The position numbers and the translations under genes are program-made. Positions 29,734 to 38,611 of a stretch of 64,000 nt of DNA are shown here, piece by piece. This DNA comes from Candidatus Hydrogenedentota bacterium (GTDB lineage Bacteria > Hydrogenedentota > Hydrogenedentia > Hydrogenedentales > SLHB01): the NCBI GenBank assembly GCA_045863295.1, contig BTWA01000028.1, positions 5,274 to 69,273 on the forward strand, in the 5' to 3' direction. The notes under the pieces are model-generated. The model did no database searches and was not told where the DNA came from. It worked only from the letters and a program-made list of their open reading frames with translations. Position 1 is the first letter of the stretch, and each line of letters opens with the position of its first letter.

Positions 29734-30294
29734 ATGAACAACTTAATAACGGCAGTGTCCGAAGTAAATGACTTCATGGCCTCAAAGGGCTGGACCTACT
29801 GCCTAATTCGCGGCCTCGCTGTTCAGCACTGGGGTGAGCCCCGCACGACGCTAGACGCAGACTTCACGTTGATTACGGGCTGGGGCCAAGAAGCCCCCTA
29901 CATAGACACACTCTTGAGTCAGTTTGAATCGCGCATACCAGATGCCCGGCAAATCGCGTTGACCCATCGGATCCTTCTCGTTCATGCGTCCAATGGCGTG
30001 CCAGTGGATATTGCACTAGGGGCCATACCTTTTGAAATCGAAATGATGAATCGTGCCACCCATATCGACCTCGCGCCAGGTTGCAGCGTCCCCTGTTGCA
30101 CTGCCGAAGACTTGTTCATTATGAAGGCATTTGCCGGCCGGCCGAAAGATTGGGGAGACGCCGAAAGCATCCTGGCCCGGCAGCCGCAACTTGATGTAAA
30201 CTACATCAGGCAACATCTATCAGATCTTTGCAGCGCCAAAAAGGATACACTAACTCTTCAGAAAGCGTTGGCACTGCTCGGAGCGGCCTCATGA
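29734..30294 (+). CDS. Pol-beta-superfamily nucleotidyltransferase-fold protein (AbiEii/DUF1814-like motif set); putative toxin/abortive-infection-type component
   Basis: 186 aa. Nucleotidyltransferase motifs ...RGLAVQHWGEPRTTLDADFTLI... ([DE]h[DE]h = DADF) and a later VDIAL (h[DE]h). The C-terminus has a K..A..R.KD..D motif (MKAFAGRPKDWGDAESIL), as recalled for AbiEii-type NTases. Its TGA stop overlaps the next gene's ATG (ATGA). Confidence 0.45.
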   Translation: MNNLITAVSEVNDFMASKGWTYCLIRGLAVQHWGEPRTTLDADFTLITGWGQEAPYIDTLLSQFESRIPDARQIALTHRILLVHASNGVPVDIALGAIPFEIEMMNRATHIDLAPGCSVPCCTAEDLFIMKAFAGRPKDWGDAESILARQPQLDVNYIRQHLSDLCSAKKDTLTLQKALALLGAAS

Positions 30295-30539
30295 ATATGC
30301 CTTCCCCAGAAGAACAGCGCACTCTTATTCTCCAATGGGAGGAAACCGGCCGATTCCTCGACGAACTCCGGCGAAAAGAACTGCGCGGCAAACCCTACAA
30401 CTGGCAAGAAGTCGACACCCTGCTCCAACTCGCCGACAACTACGACGGCCCCATCGATTCCAGCGGCATCATCGAAATGCAACGCCTCTTCATGCAACAC
30501 CCATTCTATAAAGACCCCAAAAACAAAATCACCGGCTGA
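30291..30539 (+). CDS. Small hypothetical protein (82 aa) translationally coupled to the upstream NTase-fold gene
   Basis: ATG at 30291 overlaps the upstream TGA, with GGAG 8 nt upstream. MNMPSPEEQRTLILQWEETGRFLDELRRKELRGKPYNWQEVDTLLQLADNYDGPIDSSGIIEMQRLFMQHPFYKDPKNKITG. No recognisable domain. Confidence 0.4.
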   Translation: MNMPSPEEQRTLILQWEETGRFLDELRRKELRGKPYNWQEVDTLLQLADNYDGPIDSSGIIEMQRLFMQHPFYKDPKNKITG

Positions 30540-30909
30540 TACCCAGTACAAAGCCTCGCAAGCTGGAGTTTCCTAGGCATCCTAATCTACAGTACAGACG
30601 CAAGGAGGCGGTAGCCAGACAGAAAATAGGATTCGGGGGAAAATGCCGCGAATTTTTGGCGGTCGATTTGGCATCGTGCCGATTTCTCCTTACCTGCAAA
30701 TCTTGTTGCGAAAGCCTTTCAAAAATTCATACCTTTGCGCCGGGTTTTCGGGTTTATCCTTGAATCCAAAACCGTTCTCGCGGTACACTACGCCGTATTT
30801 TGTCCCCAGGGGTTTTTTTGGCGGATGGGGTTCGTGATCGCGACTGGGTTCGCGCCTACCTCACTCACTGCAGCACGCTCTCCACGGGCGATTTAAGGAG
30901 ATTGGACAC

Positions 30910-33666
30910 ATGGCTAAAGCGAAGAAATACGTGTATTTCTTTGGCGGCGGCAAGGCCGAGGGCAAAGGAAGCATGAAGGAGCTGCTGGGCGGCAAGGGTG
31001 CAAACCTCGCCGACATGTGCGGCTTGGGAATTCCGGTACCGGCCGGCTTCACCATCACGACCGAAGTCTGCACCGAGTACTACAAAAACAAGAACAAGTT
31101 GCCCAAGGAAGTCGGCATTCAGGTCGAAGAAGCCCTGAAAAAGGTCGAAAAGGTCATGGGCAAGAAGTTCGACAATCCGAAGGACCCGCTCTTGCTGTCG
31201 GTCCGCTCGGGTGCGCGCACCTCGATGCCGGGCATGATGGAAACCATGTTGAACGTCGGCCTGACCAAGGCGACGATTCCAGGGCTCATCGCGCAGAGCG
31301 GCGACGAACGCTTTGTGTGGGACGCGTACCGCCGGTTGATTACCATGTACTCCGACGTGGTGATGGAAAAGGCGGCGGGAATTACGCCGGAAGACGGCCA
31401 CGGCGTGCGTCATCAGCTCGAACACGCGATGGACGCCATGAAGAAGGCCAAGGGAGTAACGGAAGACACCGACCTCGACGCGAACGATCTGAAGCAGCTC
31501 TGCGAAGAGTACAAGAAGATCGTGAAAAGCGTGTTGGGCAAACCCTTCCCCGATGATTCCCGCGAACAGATGTGGGGCGGCGTCAAAGCCGTGTTTCAAT
31601 CCTGGATGGGCCGCCGTGCAATTTCCTACCGCCGTATCGAAAGCATCCCCGACGAATGGGGCACGGCCGTCAATGTGCAGGCCATGGTGTTCGGCAACAT
31701 GGGCGAATCGTCCGCCACGGGCGTGGCGTTTACGCGCGACCCCTCGACGGGCGACGAGAAGTTCTACGGCGAATGGCTGGTGAACGCGCAGGGTGAAGAC
31801 GTGGTGGCGGGTATCCGCACGCCATCGCCCCTGAACGAAGCCACCAAGACCGATCACTCGAAGCACCTTGTGTCTCTGGAGAAAGCCAATTCAAAGGCCT
31901 ACAAGGAACTGGTCGCGATCCGGAACAAGCTGGAAAAGCACTATCGCGACATGCAGGACATCGAATTCACGATCGAAAAAGGCCGTGTGTGGATGCTTCA
32001 GACCCGCACGGGCAAACGCACCGGCACGGCTGCGGTCCGCATGGCCGTGGAGATGTGTGAAGACAAGCTGATCGACAAAACCACCGCGATCATGCGCGTC
32101 AAGCCGGAACAGTTGGATGAGTTGCTCCACCCGATGCTCAATCCCGCCTCCGAAAAATCGGCGAACGTGCTGGCAAAGGGCTTGCCGGCGGGTCCCGGCG
32201 GCGGCGTCGGCCAAATCGTGCTCGATGCCGACAAGGCCGAACAATGGTCGAAACAAGGCAAAAAGGTAATCCTGGTCCGCAACGAAACGTCGCCAGAAGA
32301 CGTCCACGGAATGCACGTGGCGCAAGCCATCCTGACCGCCAAGGGTGGCATGACCTCGCACGCGGCCCTCGTGGCCCGCGGTTGGGGCAAGTGCTGCATC
32401 GTGGGTTGTTCCGCGCTGGACATCAATACGAAGACCCGTGAGGTCAAAGTAAACGGCAAGACCTTCAAGGAAGGCGATTGGTTCTCCTTGAACGGTTCGC
32501 GCGGCATTGTCTACGAGGGCCAGGTCCCTGTGAGCCCGGCGGACCCGGACAAGAACCCCTGGTACAAGAAGTTGATGAAGTGGGTCGACGAGATCCGCGA
32601 AATCAAGGTGCGCACCAACGCCGAGCGCCCGGAAGACGCGCAACAGGCAATTGTGTTCGGAGCGGAAGGTATCGGCCTGGCCCGCACCGAGCATATGTTC
32701 TTCGAACCGGAACGCATCATTCACGTGCGTGAGATGATCCTGGCCGAAGACGAAAATGTCCGCCGCGCCGCTGTGATGAAGCTGCTGCCCTTCCAGAAGA
32801 AGGACTTCATCGGCATTTTCAAGGCCATGGCCGGTAAGCCTGTGACGGTGCGTCTGCTCGATCCGCCGCTGCACGAGTTCATCACGCTCGACGACGCTCA
32901 AGTGAAGGAATTGTCGAAACAGATCGGCATTTCCCCGGAAAAGATCACGAGCCGCATGCGCGCGCTACACGAGTTGAATCCCATGCTGGGCCACCGTGGC
33001 TGCCGCCTCGGCATCGCCTATCCGGAAATCACCGAAATGCAGGCTCGAGCCATCCTCGAAGCCACTGCTGAACTCACCAAGCAAAAGGTCAAGGTGCTGC
33101 CGGAAATCATGGTGCCTTTGGTCGGCCACGTCAACGAATTGGCCCACCAAGAAGCCATCATCCGCCGAGTGGCGGACGAAGTGGCCAAGAAGTACGGCGT
33201 GAAGAAGCTCGAGTACATGGTCGGCACCATGATCGAAGTACCCCGCGCCGCGCTTACGGCCGACAAGATCGCGAACGTGGCGGAGTTCTTCAGTTTCGGC
33301 ACGAACGATCTGACTCAAATGGGCTTCGGTTTTTCGCGCGACGACATCGGCGGTTTCCTGCCCTCGTATCTTGATGGCAAAGTCTTGCCAGCCGACCCCT
33401 TCCAGACCCTGGATCAGGAAGGCATCGGCCAACTCATCAAAATGGCGGTGGAACGCGGCCGCGATTCGCGCCCCGGCCTGAAGTGCGGCATCTGTGGCGA
33501 ACACGGCGGCGATCCGGCTTCCGTCAAATTCTGCCACCGTGTTGGCTTGGATTATGTAAGCTGTAGCCCATTCCGCGTGCCAATCGCGCGCCTTGCGGCG
33601 GCGCAAGCGGCGATCGAAACGCCGCGTAAGTCCAAGGGCAAAAAGAAGGCGGGCAAGAAGAAATAG
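30910..33666 (+). CDS. ppdK: Pyruvate, phosphate dikinase
   Basis: Full-length PPDK with ATP-grasp N-terminus, phosphohistidine region ...GGMTSHAALVARGWGKCC... and a PEP-utilising C-terminus. A strong AAGGAG RBS precedes the start. Ends with an unusual Lys-rich tail ...ETPRKSKGKKKAGKKK. Confidence 0.95.
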   Translation: MAKAKKYVYFFGGGKAEGKGSMKELLGGKGANLADMCGLGIPVPAGFTITTEVCTEYYKNKNKLPKEVGIQVEEALKKVEKVMGKKFDNPKDPLLLSVRSGARTSMPGMMETMLNVGLTKATIPGLIAQSGDERFVWDAYRRLITMYSDVVMEKAAGITPEDGHGVRHQLEHAMDAMKKAKGVTEDTDLDANDLKQLCEEYKKIVKSVLGKPFPDDSREQMWGGVKAVFQSWMGRRAISYRRIESIPDEWGTAVNVQAMVFGNMGESSATGVAFTRDPSTGDEKFYGEWLVNAQGEDVVAGIRTPSPLNEATKTDHSKHLVSLEKANSKAYKELVAIRNKLEKHYRDMQDIEFTIEKGRVWMLQTRTGKRTGTAAVRMAVEMCEDKLIDKTTAIMRVKPEQLDELLHPMLNPASEKSANVLAKGLPAGPGGGVGQIVLDADKAEQWSKQGKKVILVRNETSPEDVHGMHVAQAILTAKGGMTSHAALVARGWGKCCIVGCSALDINTKTREVKVNGKTFKEGDWFSLNGSRGIVYEGQVPVSPADPDKNPWYKKLMKWVDEIREIKVRTNAERPEDAQQAIVFGAEGIGLARTEHMFFEPERIIHVREMILAEDENVRRAAVMKLLPFQKKDFIGIFKAMAGKPVTVRLLDPPLHEFITLDDAQVKELSKQIGISPEKITSRMRALHELNPMLGHRGCRLGIAYPEITEMQARAILEATAELTKQKVKVLPEIMVPLVGHVNELAHQEAIIRRVADEVAKKYGVKKLEYMVGTMIEVPRAALTADKIANVAEFFSFGTNDLTQMGFGFSRDDIGGFLPSYLDGKVLPADPFQTLDQEGIGQLIKMAVERGRDSRPGLKCGICGEHGGDPASVKFCHRVGLDYVSCSPFRVPIARLAAAQAAIETPRKSKGKKKAGKKK

Positions 33667-33688
33667 TCCGGCTTGTCTCACGAAAGAT

Positions 33689-33730
33689 GAACCGCGCCCG
33701 TGGCCAAAAGCCGCGGGCGCGGTTTTTGTT
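33689..33730 (+). terminator. Rho-independent terminator after ppdK (usable bidirectionally)
   Basis: aaccgcgcccg-tggccaaaagc-cgggcgcggtt: an 11-bp perfect GC-rich stem followed by tttttg. Confidence 0.8.
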
Positions 33731-33745
33731 CAACAATGGTGAAAT

Positions 33746-34561
33746 CTACTTGAACCGGTTCAGCACGGTTTGCCGGTAACGTTCCTCACCCAATGTTCCC
33801 TGCGTCTTCATATCGGCGGGAAATTGCGCAGCCAATTGTTGTAGCAAGACAATCCGGTTCTGCGTCAACGGATGCGACGACAGCAAGGCGAAGGGCATTG
33901 AGCCGCCCCCGGACTGTTCCTGTTCCAGCATCCGGCTCATAAACGAAACCATGGCGTCGGGATTGTAGCCCGCGCGAAACAGTACGTCCATGCCCAGTTT
34001 GTCGGCCTCGCGTTCCTGATCGCGCGAAAACTTCAACGTGGCCATTCCGCCAATTATTTGCGCGCCTGCCTGCCCGATGGGTTTTCCTTCGAGCGCGGCA
34101 TTTGCCGCCGCAATCAGCAGTTCCAGTTGTTGTTGCCTGGCAATGGATTCGCCGTGATGCTCTGCCGCCACGTGGGCAATTTCGTGGCCCATTACAGACG
34201 CCAGTTCCGCCTCGTTCTGGCAGAGCTTCAACAGGCCCGTATAGATATACATATGCCCGCCCGGGAGCGCGAATGCGTTTAGCTCGTCCTTCTCAATGAC
34301 GGTAAACCGGTATTCGACGTTCTGCCGTGGCGACACCCGCGCCAGCCGGTCGCCAATCTCGCCGATGTACTTCTGAATGGACGCGTCGTCAAGCACTTTT
34401 TCCGTCTTTTCGACTTCTTGTGAAAGCTGGGCACCAATTGCCATTTCCTGCTCTTCGGACAGAGCGCTGGGCGGGGTGTAGGTGCCTTCCCCCGTGGTGG
34501 CGCAACCGGACACAACTCCGGCCGCGATCAGAGTCAATCCGATGATCCAAGGCAGTCGCAT
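33746..34561 (-). CDS. M48-family zinc metallopeptidase lipoprotein
   Basis: Lipoprotein signal LIAAGVVSGC. HExxH motif in ...VMGHEIAHVAAEHH.... Confidence 0.8.
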   Translation of the reverse strand: MRLPWIIGLTLIAAGVVSGCATTGEGTYTPPSALSEEQEMAIGAQLSQEVEKTEKVLDDASIQKYIGEIGDRLARVSPRQNVEYRFTVIEKDELNAFALPGGHMYIYTGLLKLCQNEAELASVMGHEIAHVAAEHHGESIARQQQLELLIAAANAALEGKPIGQAGAQIIGGMATLKFSRDQEREADKLGMDVLFRAGYNPDAMVSFMSRMLEQEQSGGGSMPFALLSSHPLTQNRIVLLQQLAAQFPADMKTQGTLGEERYRQTVLNRFK

Positions 34562-34686
34562 TCATGCAATTCCTTATGGTATGGCGGTATTCCGCCTGAT
34601 GCTGCCGCGCAAGAAACGAAACGGGGTATGCAAGCAAAGCCAGCATACCCCGAGTCTCTACAAGCAAATCAATCAGGTCAAACCCA

Positions 34687-35205
34687 TTAGTCGCCCTGAT
34701 ACAGCGGTATCTTTGAGCCGCACTGTTGTACCGGAAGTATTTCCTCAAACTTCTCTGGCGAAACGGACGGGCCCTTTGATGTGCAATGCGCATTGAAGGC
34801 TTTGCGCAATTCGTTCGCGATTTCTACTGCATTTCGCTGTTCGATGTGGTGGCGCTGCATGGCAAAGAACGGCTTTCCGTCTTTAAACAGGATGACGTTG
34901 GGAGAACTTGGCGGCAATTCTGGTCCGATGAGTTGGCGGGCGCGTTGCGTGGCTTCGGTGTCCATTCCGGCAAAGACAGTATACAGCTTGTCGGGAATGA
35001 GGTCATTTTGCAGGGCCAACATGACCCCAGGCCGACAGGCACCGGCGGCGCATCCGCACACCGAATTAATGACGAGCATGGCCGTGCCCGTGGACTGTCC
35101 CAAGGCTGCGTCTACAGCGTCAGGCGTTGTCAAAGGCGTTATGCCCACTTCCACCAGTTCCTCCCACATGGGCCGAACGGCTTCCGGATCGTACATTGGA
35201 GGCAT
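34687..35205 (-). CDS. Bacilliredoxin-like (BrxA/BrxB, YphP/YqiW, DUF1094) thioredoxin-fold protein
   Basis: Characteristic CGC active-site context ...MLVINSVCGCAAG.... The start was moved to the internal ATG (MPPMYDPEAV) with GGGGAG 11 nt upstream. Carries a roughly 30-aa C-terminal extension compared with Bacillus homologues. Confidence 0.6.
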   Translation of the reverse strand: MPPMYDPEAVRPMWEELVEVGITPLTTPDAVDAALGQSTGTAMLVINSVCGCAAGACRPGVMLALQNDLIPDKLYTVFAGMDTEATQRARQLIGPELPPSSPNVILFKDGKPFFAMQRHHIEQRNAVEIANELRKAFNAHCTSKGPSVSPEKFEEILPVQQCGSKIPLYQGD

Positions 35206-35495
35206 ACTTGGAAACTCCCCTTGGGTTTTCAGAGGCTGGTAGGATATCAGGCGAGCCCCGCTGCAGGCGAGTTTTGCCTCGCTTGGCGCCATCCCTTGCC
35301 TTTTCCCCTCGAACATGCTTGTACAGGGGGTTTATTCCCCGTTTGTAGGCCGAATCGGGCGCGGGCGAAACCTGACACCCTCCGGGCTCGTCTGTCATTG
35401 TGACTCGTACTTACCGGTTTTGAACGGTTTGCCCCGTGGGTAATATGGTGTAGGCTACTTGGCGGAGTCAGGTTGAGAGCAAAGGGGAACTGGGC

Positions 35496-36434
35496 ATGTC
35501 AGGCGCTGCCGCGTCTCGCGTTGGGTTTATGTTTGCCGTCGTAGGTCTGATATTGGCAAGCGGGTGTCCACTTAATCCGCCGGCCAAAGGATTTCCAGGA
35601 CCTTACAGCTACGTGGAATGGAAGACAGATTACGCGAACGGGTTTCCCCTCAGTATTTACTATCCCAACCGCGACACCTTCAAGGACAAGGCACCGGTGA
35701 TTATTTTCAACACCGGCTGGAATCAGGCACGCGGGTCTTACCTGGAATATGGGAGGCAACTGGCGGAATGGGGATTTGTCGTCGCCATACGTTTCTTTCC
35801 AAATCCGGACGTCCTGGGAATAGGACTAGACATAAATCAAGAGGAGGCGCATGTGGCGTTGGTTAGCGCCCTGATCGACTGGCTTGGCGAGCAGAACGAG
35901 AATTCCGCATCTCCCCTGTTTGAGTTGTTGGACATGGAGAAAGTCGGGGAGGCTGGCCACTCTCTAGGGACCAATTCGAACATGGCCGCGGCCATTGCCG
36001 ACGATCGCATCAGGGCAATAGTTAACCTGGATGGCTGGTTCGATCACCCCGGTGGAGACTTCGTGACACATCTGCCGCACAAGAACGTGGCGATCATGTG
36101 GATAAACGCGGACCAGGGGTTATGCACTGCGCGCGGACTTCCTGATTTGATCGACTTGTATGATTACGTTCCTTCGCCCGCAGCAGACGTGATGATTCAC
36201 GGTGCTAGTCATATTGATTTCATGATTCTGCCAGCTTTACAGATGGAGTCGGCGAGCATCGTGTGCGGCCGGGGCCAACGGGATCAGGCAGAAGTACGTA
36301 CGCTCGCTCTCAAGTACATGATATGCTGGTTTAATGTCCAGCTAAAGGGCATGACCGAATTCGAGGATTATTACAAGGGCGCGAAGGCTAAGTCGGACGA
36401 GAACGAATTTGACGTTTCGTTTCGATGGAAATAG
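35496..36434 (+). CDS. Alpha/beta-hydrolase-fold lipoprotein (esterase/lipase-like; chlorophyllase/PAF-acetylhydrolase-like)
   Basis: Lipobox LILASGC. Nucleophile elbow GHSLG (G-x-S-x-G). Later conserved Asp/His candidates (NLDGWFDHPG, IHGASHIDF). Confidence 0.7.
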   Translation: MSGAAASRVGFMFAVVGLILASGCPLNPPAKGFPGPYSYVEWKTDYANGFPLSIYYPNRDTFKDKAPVIIFNTGWNQARGSYLEYGRQLAEWGFVVAIRFFPNPDVLGIGLDINQEEAHVALVSALIDWLGEQNENSASPLFELLDMEKVGEAGHSLGTNSNMAAAIADDRIRAIVNLDGWFDHPGGDFVTHLPHKNVAIMWINADQGLCTARGLPDLIDLYDYVPSPAADVMIHGASHIDFMILPALQMESASIVCGRGQRDQAEVRTLALKYMICWFNVQLKGMTEFEDYYKGAKAKSDENEFDVSFRWK

Positions 36435-36546
36435 AGCCGTCGCCATTGCATGAGTTCTTGAGTATCGCGAACAGGACGCTCCCTCCCCCCATTTCAGTCC
36501 GCATTCAGATTTGAGGTGCTCAAGTACACTAAGGGGGACTCTTTTC

Positions 36547-37902
36547 ATGAGCCAGTGCAACGGCACACACCGTATTCCAGGTTGCAGGCGATTGCGGTAT
36601 GGGATCGTTATTCCACTTGCTTTCCTCTCTGCTGGAATTGTAGCCGCGGACGACACGTCGTTGGCAAATGCCATTCTAGGGGACACGCGTCTGGACACCG
36701 TATTGACCCTTGCCAGGTCCACTGTTTCATCGGGTTTCAGCGCGGGATCGGGGTACGGCGAAGTCTGGATTCGCGACTTTACCACGTTTATGGAACTTGC
36801 CTGTGAAGTTCATCCCAAAGAACTTGTGCGCGACAAACTCCTGACCTTTTTCCACTTTCAGACCGAAAATGGGGATATCGCCGATGGATACATCCCCAGA
36901 GAGCAGGCGAACATCTCTTATAAGTACCGCGAAAGCGCGTCGATGCCGGACGTGCTCGCACACAAGAATACAGTGGAAACGGACCAAGAAAGCTCGCTTG
37001 TCATTGGCGTTTGCCGATATGCGCGTTGTACCGGGGACACGGGGATCTTTGCGGAAGACATCAACGACATGACTGTCTCACAGCGTTTGGAACGTGCACT
37101 CGGTTATGTGCACGGACATCGGTTCGATGTTACGCACGGTCTGGTGTGGGGCGCCACGACGGCTGACTGGGGCGACGTTCAACCCGAACATGAATGGGGC
37201 GTCGAACTTGACGAAAGCAGCCATCTTGCGATCGACATTTATGACAACGCATTGTACCTAGTTGCCATTGACGAATACCTGAATTCGGGAGCTGCGATTG
37301 ACGAGGACACGCGGATCAAATGGCATGGAATTCGCCAGACTATTGCGGACGCCGTACGCGCTCATCTCTGGGACAAGGACCGTGGCAAGTTCGTGCCGCA
37401 TATTTATCTCGAATCGTCGCCGTTTCCGGCAAGTTATGACGAGTCTGCCGTTCACTTTCACGGCGGCACAGCGGTTGCAATTGAGGCTGGACTCTTGTCC
37501 AGGCATGAAGTTACCCATGTACTACGTCAGATGAGGGCGAATGTACAGGCCGCCGGCGCGGCCTCCATCGGTTTGACTGTGTATCCTCCCTATCCAAGAG
37601 GCTTCTTCAAGAACCCCGGAATGGGGCCATACAGTTACCAGAATGGCGGTGATTGGACATGGTTCGGCGCGCGAATGATCAGGCAACTTGTACGGCATGG
37701 CCTGGTTGAGGAAGCGTACACCGAGTTGTTGCCAATGCTTGATCGAGTTATTGCCAATAAGGGTTTTCATGAGTGGTACACTGTGGACAACAAACCCAAG
37801 GGATCGGACACGTACCGAGGGTGCGCGGGAGTACTATACTCGGCCATTGTTGACCTGAGGGCTTGGGCTGCATCTCACGCGAATCTGGATATCAAGGAGT
37901 AG
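36547..37902 (+). CDS. Putative (alpha/alpha)6-barrel glycoside hydrolase (GDE_C/GH63/GH15-like)
   Basis: ATG at 36547 with AGGGGG upstream and a signal-like N-terminus. Motifs GYGEVWIRDF, DWGDVQPEHEWG and YQNGGDWTWFGARMI resemble six-hairpin glycosidases. The family assignment is tentative. Confidence 0.5.
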   Translation: MSQCNGTHRIPGCRRLRYGIVIPLAFLSAGIVAADDTSLANAILGDTRLDTVLTLARSTVSSGFSAGSGYGEVWIRDFTTFMELACEVHPKELVRDKLLTFFHFQTENGDIADGYIPREQANISYKYRESASMPDVLAHKNTVETDQESSLVIGVCRYARCTGDTGIFAEDINDMTVSQRLERALGYVHGHRFDVTHGLVWGATTADWGDVQPEHEWGVELDESSHLAIDIYDNALYLVAIDEYLNSGAAIDEDTRIKWHGIRQTIADAVRAHLWDKDRGKFVPHIYLESSPFPASYDESAVHFHGGTAVAIEAGLLSRHEVTHVLRQMRANVQAAGAASIGLTVYPPYPRGFFKNPGMGPYSYQNGGDWTWFGARMIRQLVRHGLVEEAYTELLPMLDRVIANKGFHEWYTVDNKPKGSDTYRGCAGVLYSAIVDLRAWAASHANLDIKE

Positions 37903-38611
37903 TACCTTTGATCACCGCTCTCAGTGAGTTCAAAATTAACTTGGTGATGGCAATTTTTTGGGCTGGTGAACCTGCCGCGAGCCTCTGATTGACTTCTAGT
38001 TCAATGCCGAGATAGCGTGCGGCCGAATATCGTCTCCTTAAGTGCGTAGTGAATCCGTCGGAAACACCCCGGTAGGGCGCATTCCGCCGCACCACGTACT
38101 CCGGTGCGATATCGTGAATCAAGCATTGCCACCGGTGGCAAAGCGCCTTCTCCCCCGGCCGCTTTGGATCGTATAACAAGCCGACGTCCATCCGTCTGAC
38201 TTGCCCGTGAAGGACGGGCGTAAATGTATGTACGGAGACATGCAAGACCCGGTCGTGATTAGTTAGCAGTCCTTCAATCTTCCTTTCGACTTCAGTCCGA
38301 TACGGCATATAGTACGTCGAGAGAATCGACTCTCGAACGGCATCCGGCGCATTCTTTGTGATGTCTGAGAACAAGGAGGGATTTCCGGGAGACCGGTTGA
38401 GTTCCACTAGCAAGCGAGTAATCGTGGAAAAAAGCAGTGGTGCATTCAGTTCTTTGGCGAGACAGCGTGCCAGAGGCAGCGCGCCGGGATCGTAACCCCG
38501 ATGGCTCTCCAGGCGATTATTATGTCCTTTGAAGATCGCCAGGTACTGCTTTGGTACCCGGTTGCCTCCATGTTCACACGTGAACAGGAGTGCCGTGGAG
38601 CGCGCCATCAA
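37892..38611 (-). CDS. N-formylglutamate amidohydrolase (FGase)-family hydrolase
   Basis: N-terminus ...LLFTCEHGGNRVP... and downstream ...HVSVHTFTP... are typical of the FGase/zinc-carboxypeptidase-like family. Last gene of a 4-gene overlapping operon. Confidence 0.75.
   Translation of the reverse strand: MMARSTALLFTCEHGGNRVPKQYLAIFKGHNNRLESHRGYDPGALPLARCLAKELNAPLLFSTITRLLVELNRSPGNPSLFSDITKNAPDAVRESILSTYYMPYRTEVERKIEGLLTNHDRVLHVSVHTFTPVLHGQVRRMDVGLLYDPKRPGEKALCHRWQCLIHDIAPEYVVRRNAPYRGVSDGFTTHLRRRYSAARYLGIELEVNQRLAAGSPAQKIAITKLILNSLRAVIKGTTP

Noticed and set aside
30643-30837. 64-aa ORF in the ppdK upstream region
   Set aside because: No RBS. It is Gly/Phe/Pro-rich and not protein-like. The region is treated as non-coding leader.
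30865-32901. Two long minus-strand ORFs (333 and 336 aa)
   Set aside because: Both are antisense to ppdK. Their composition is His/Arg/Gly-rich and non-protein-like.
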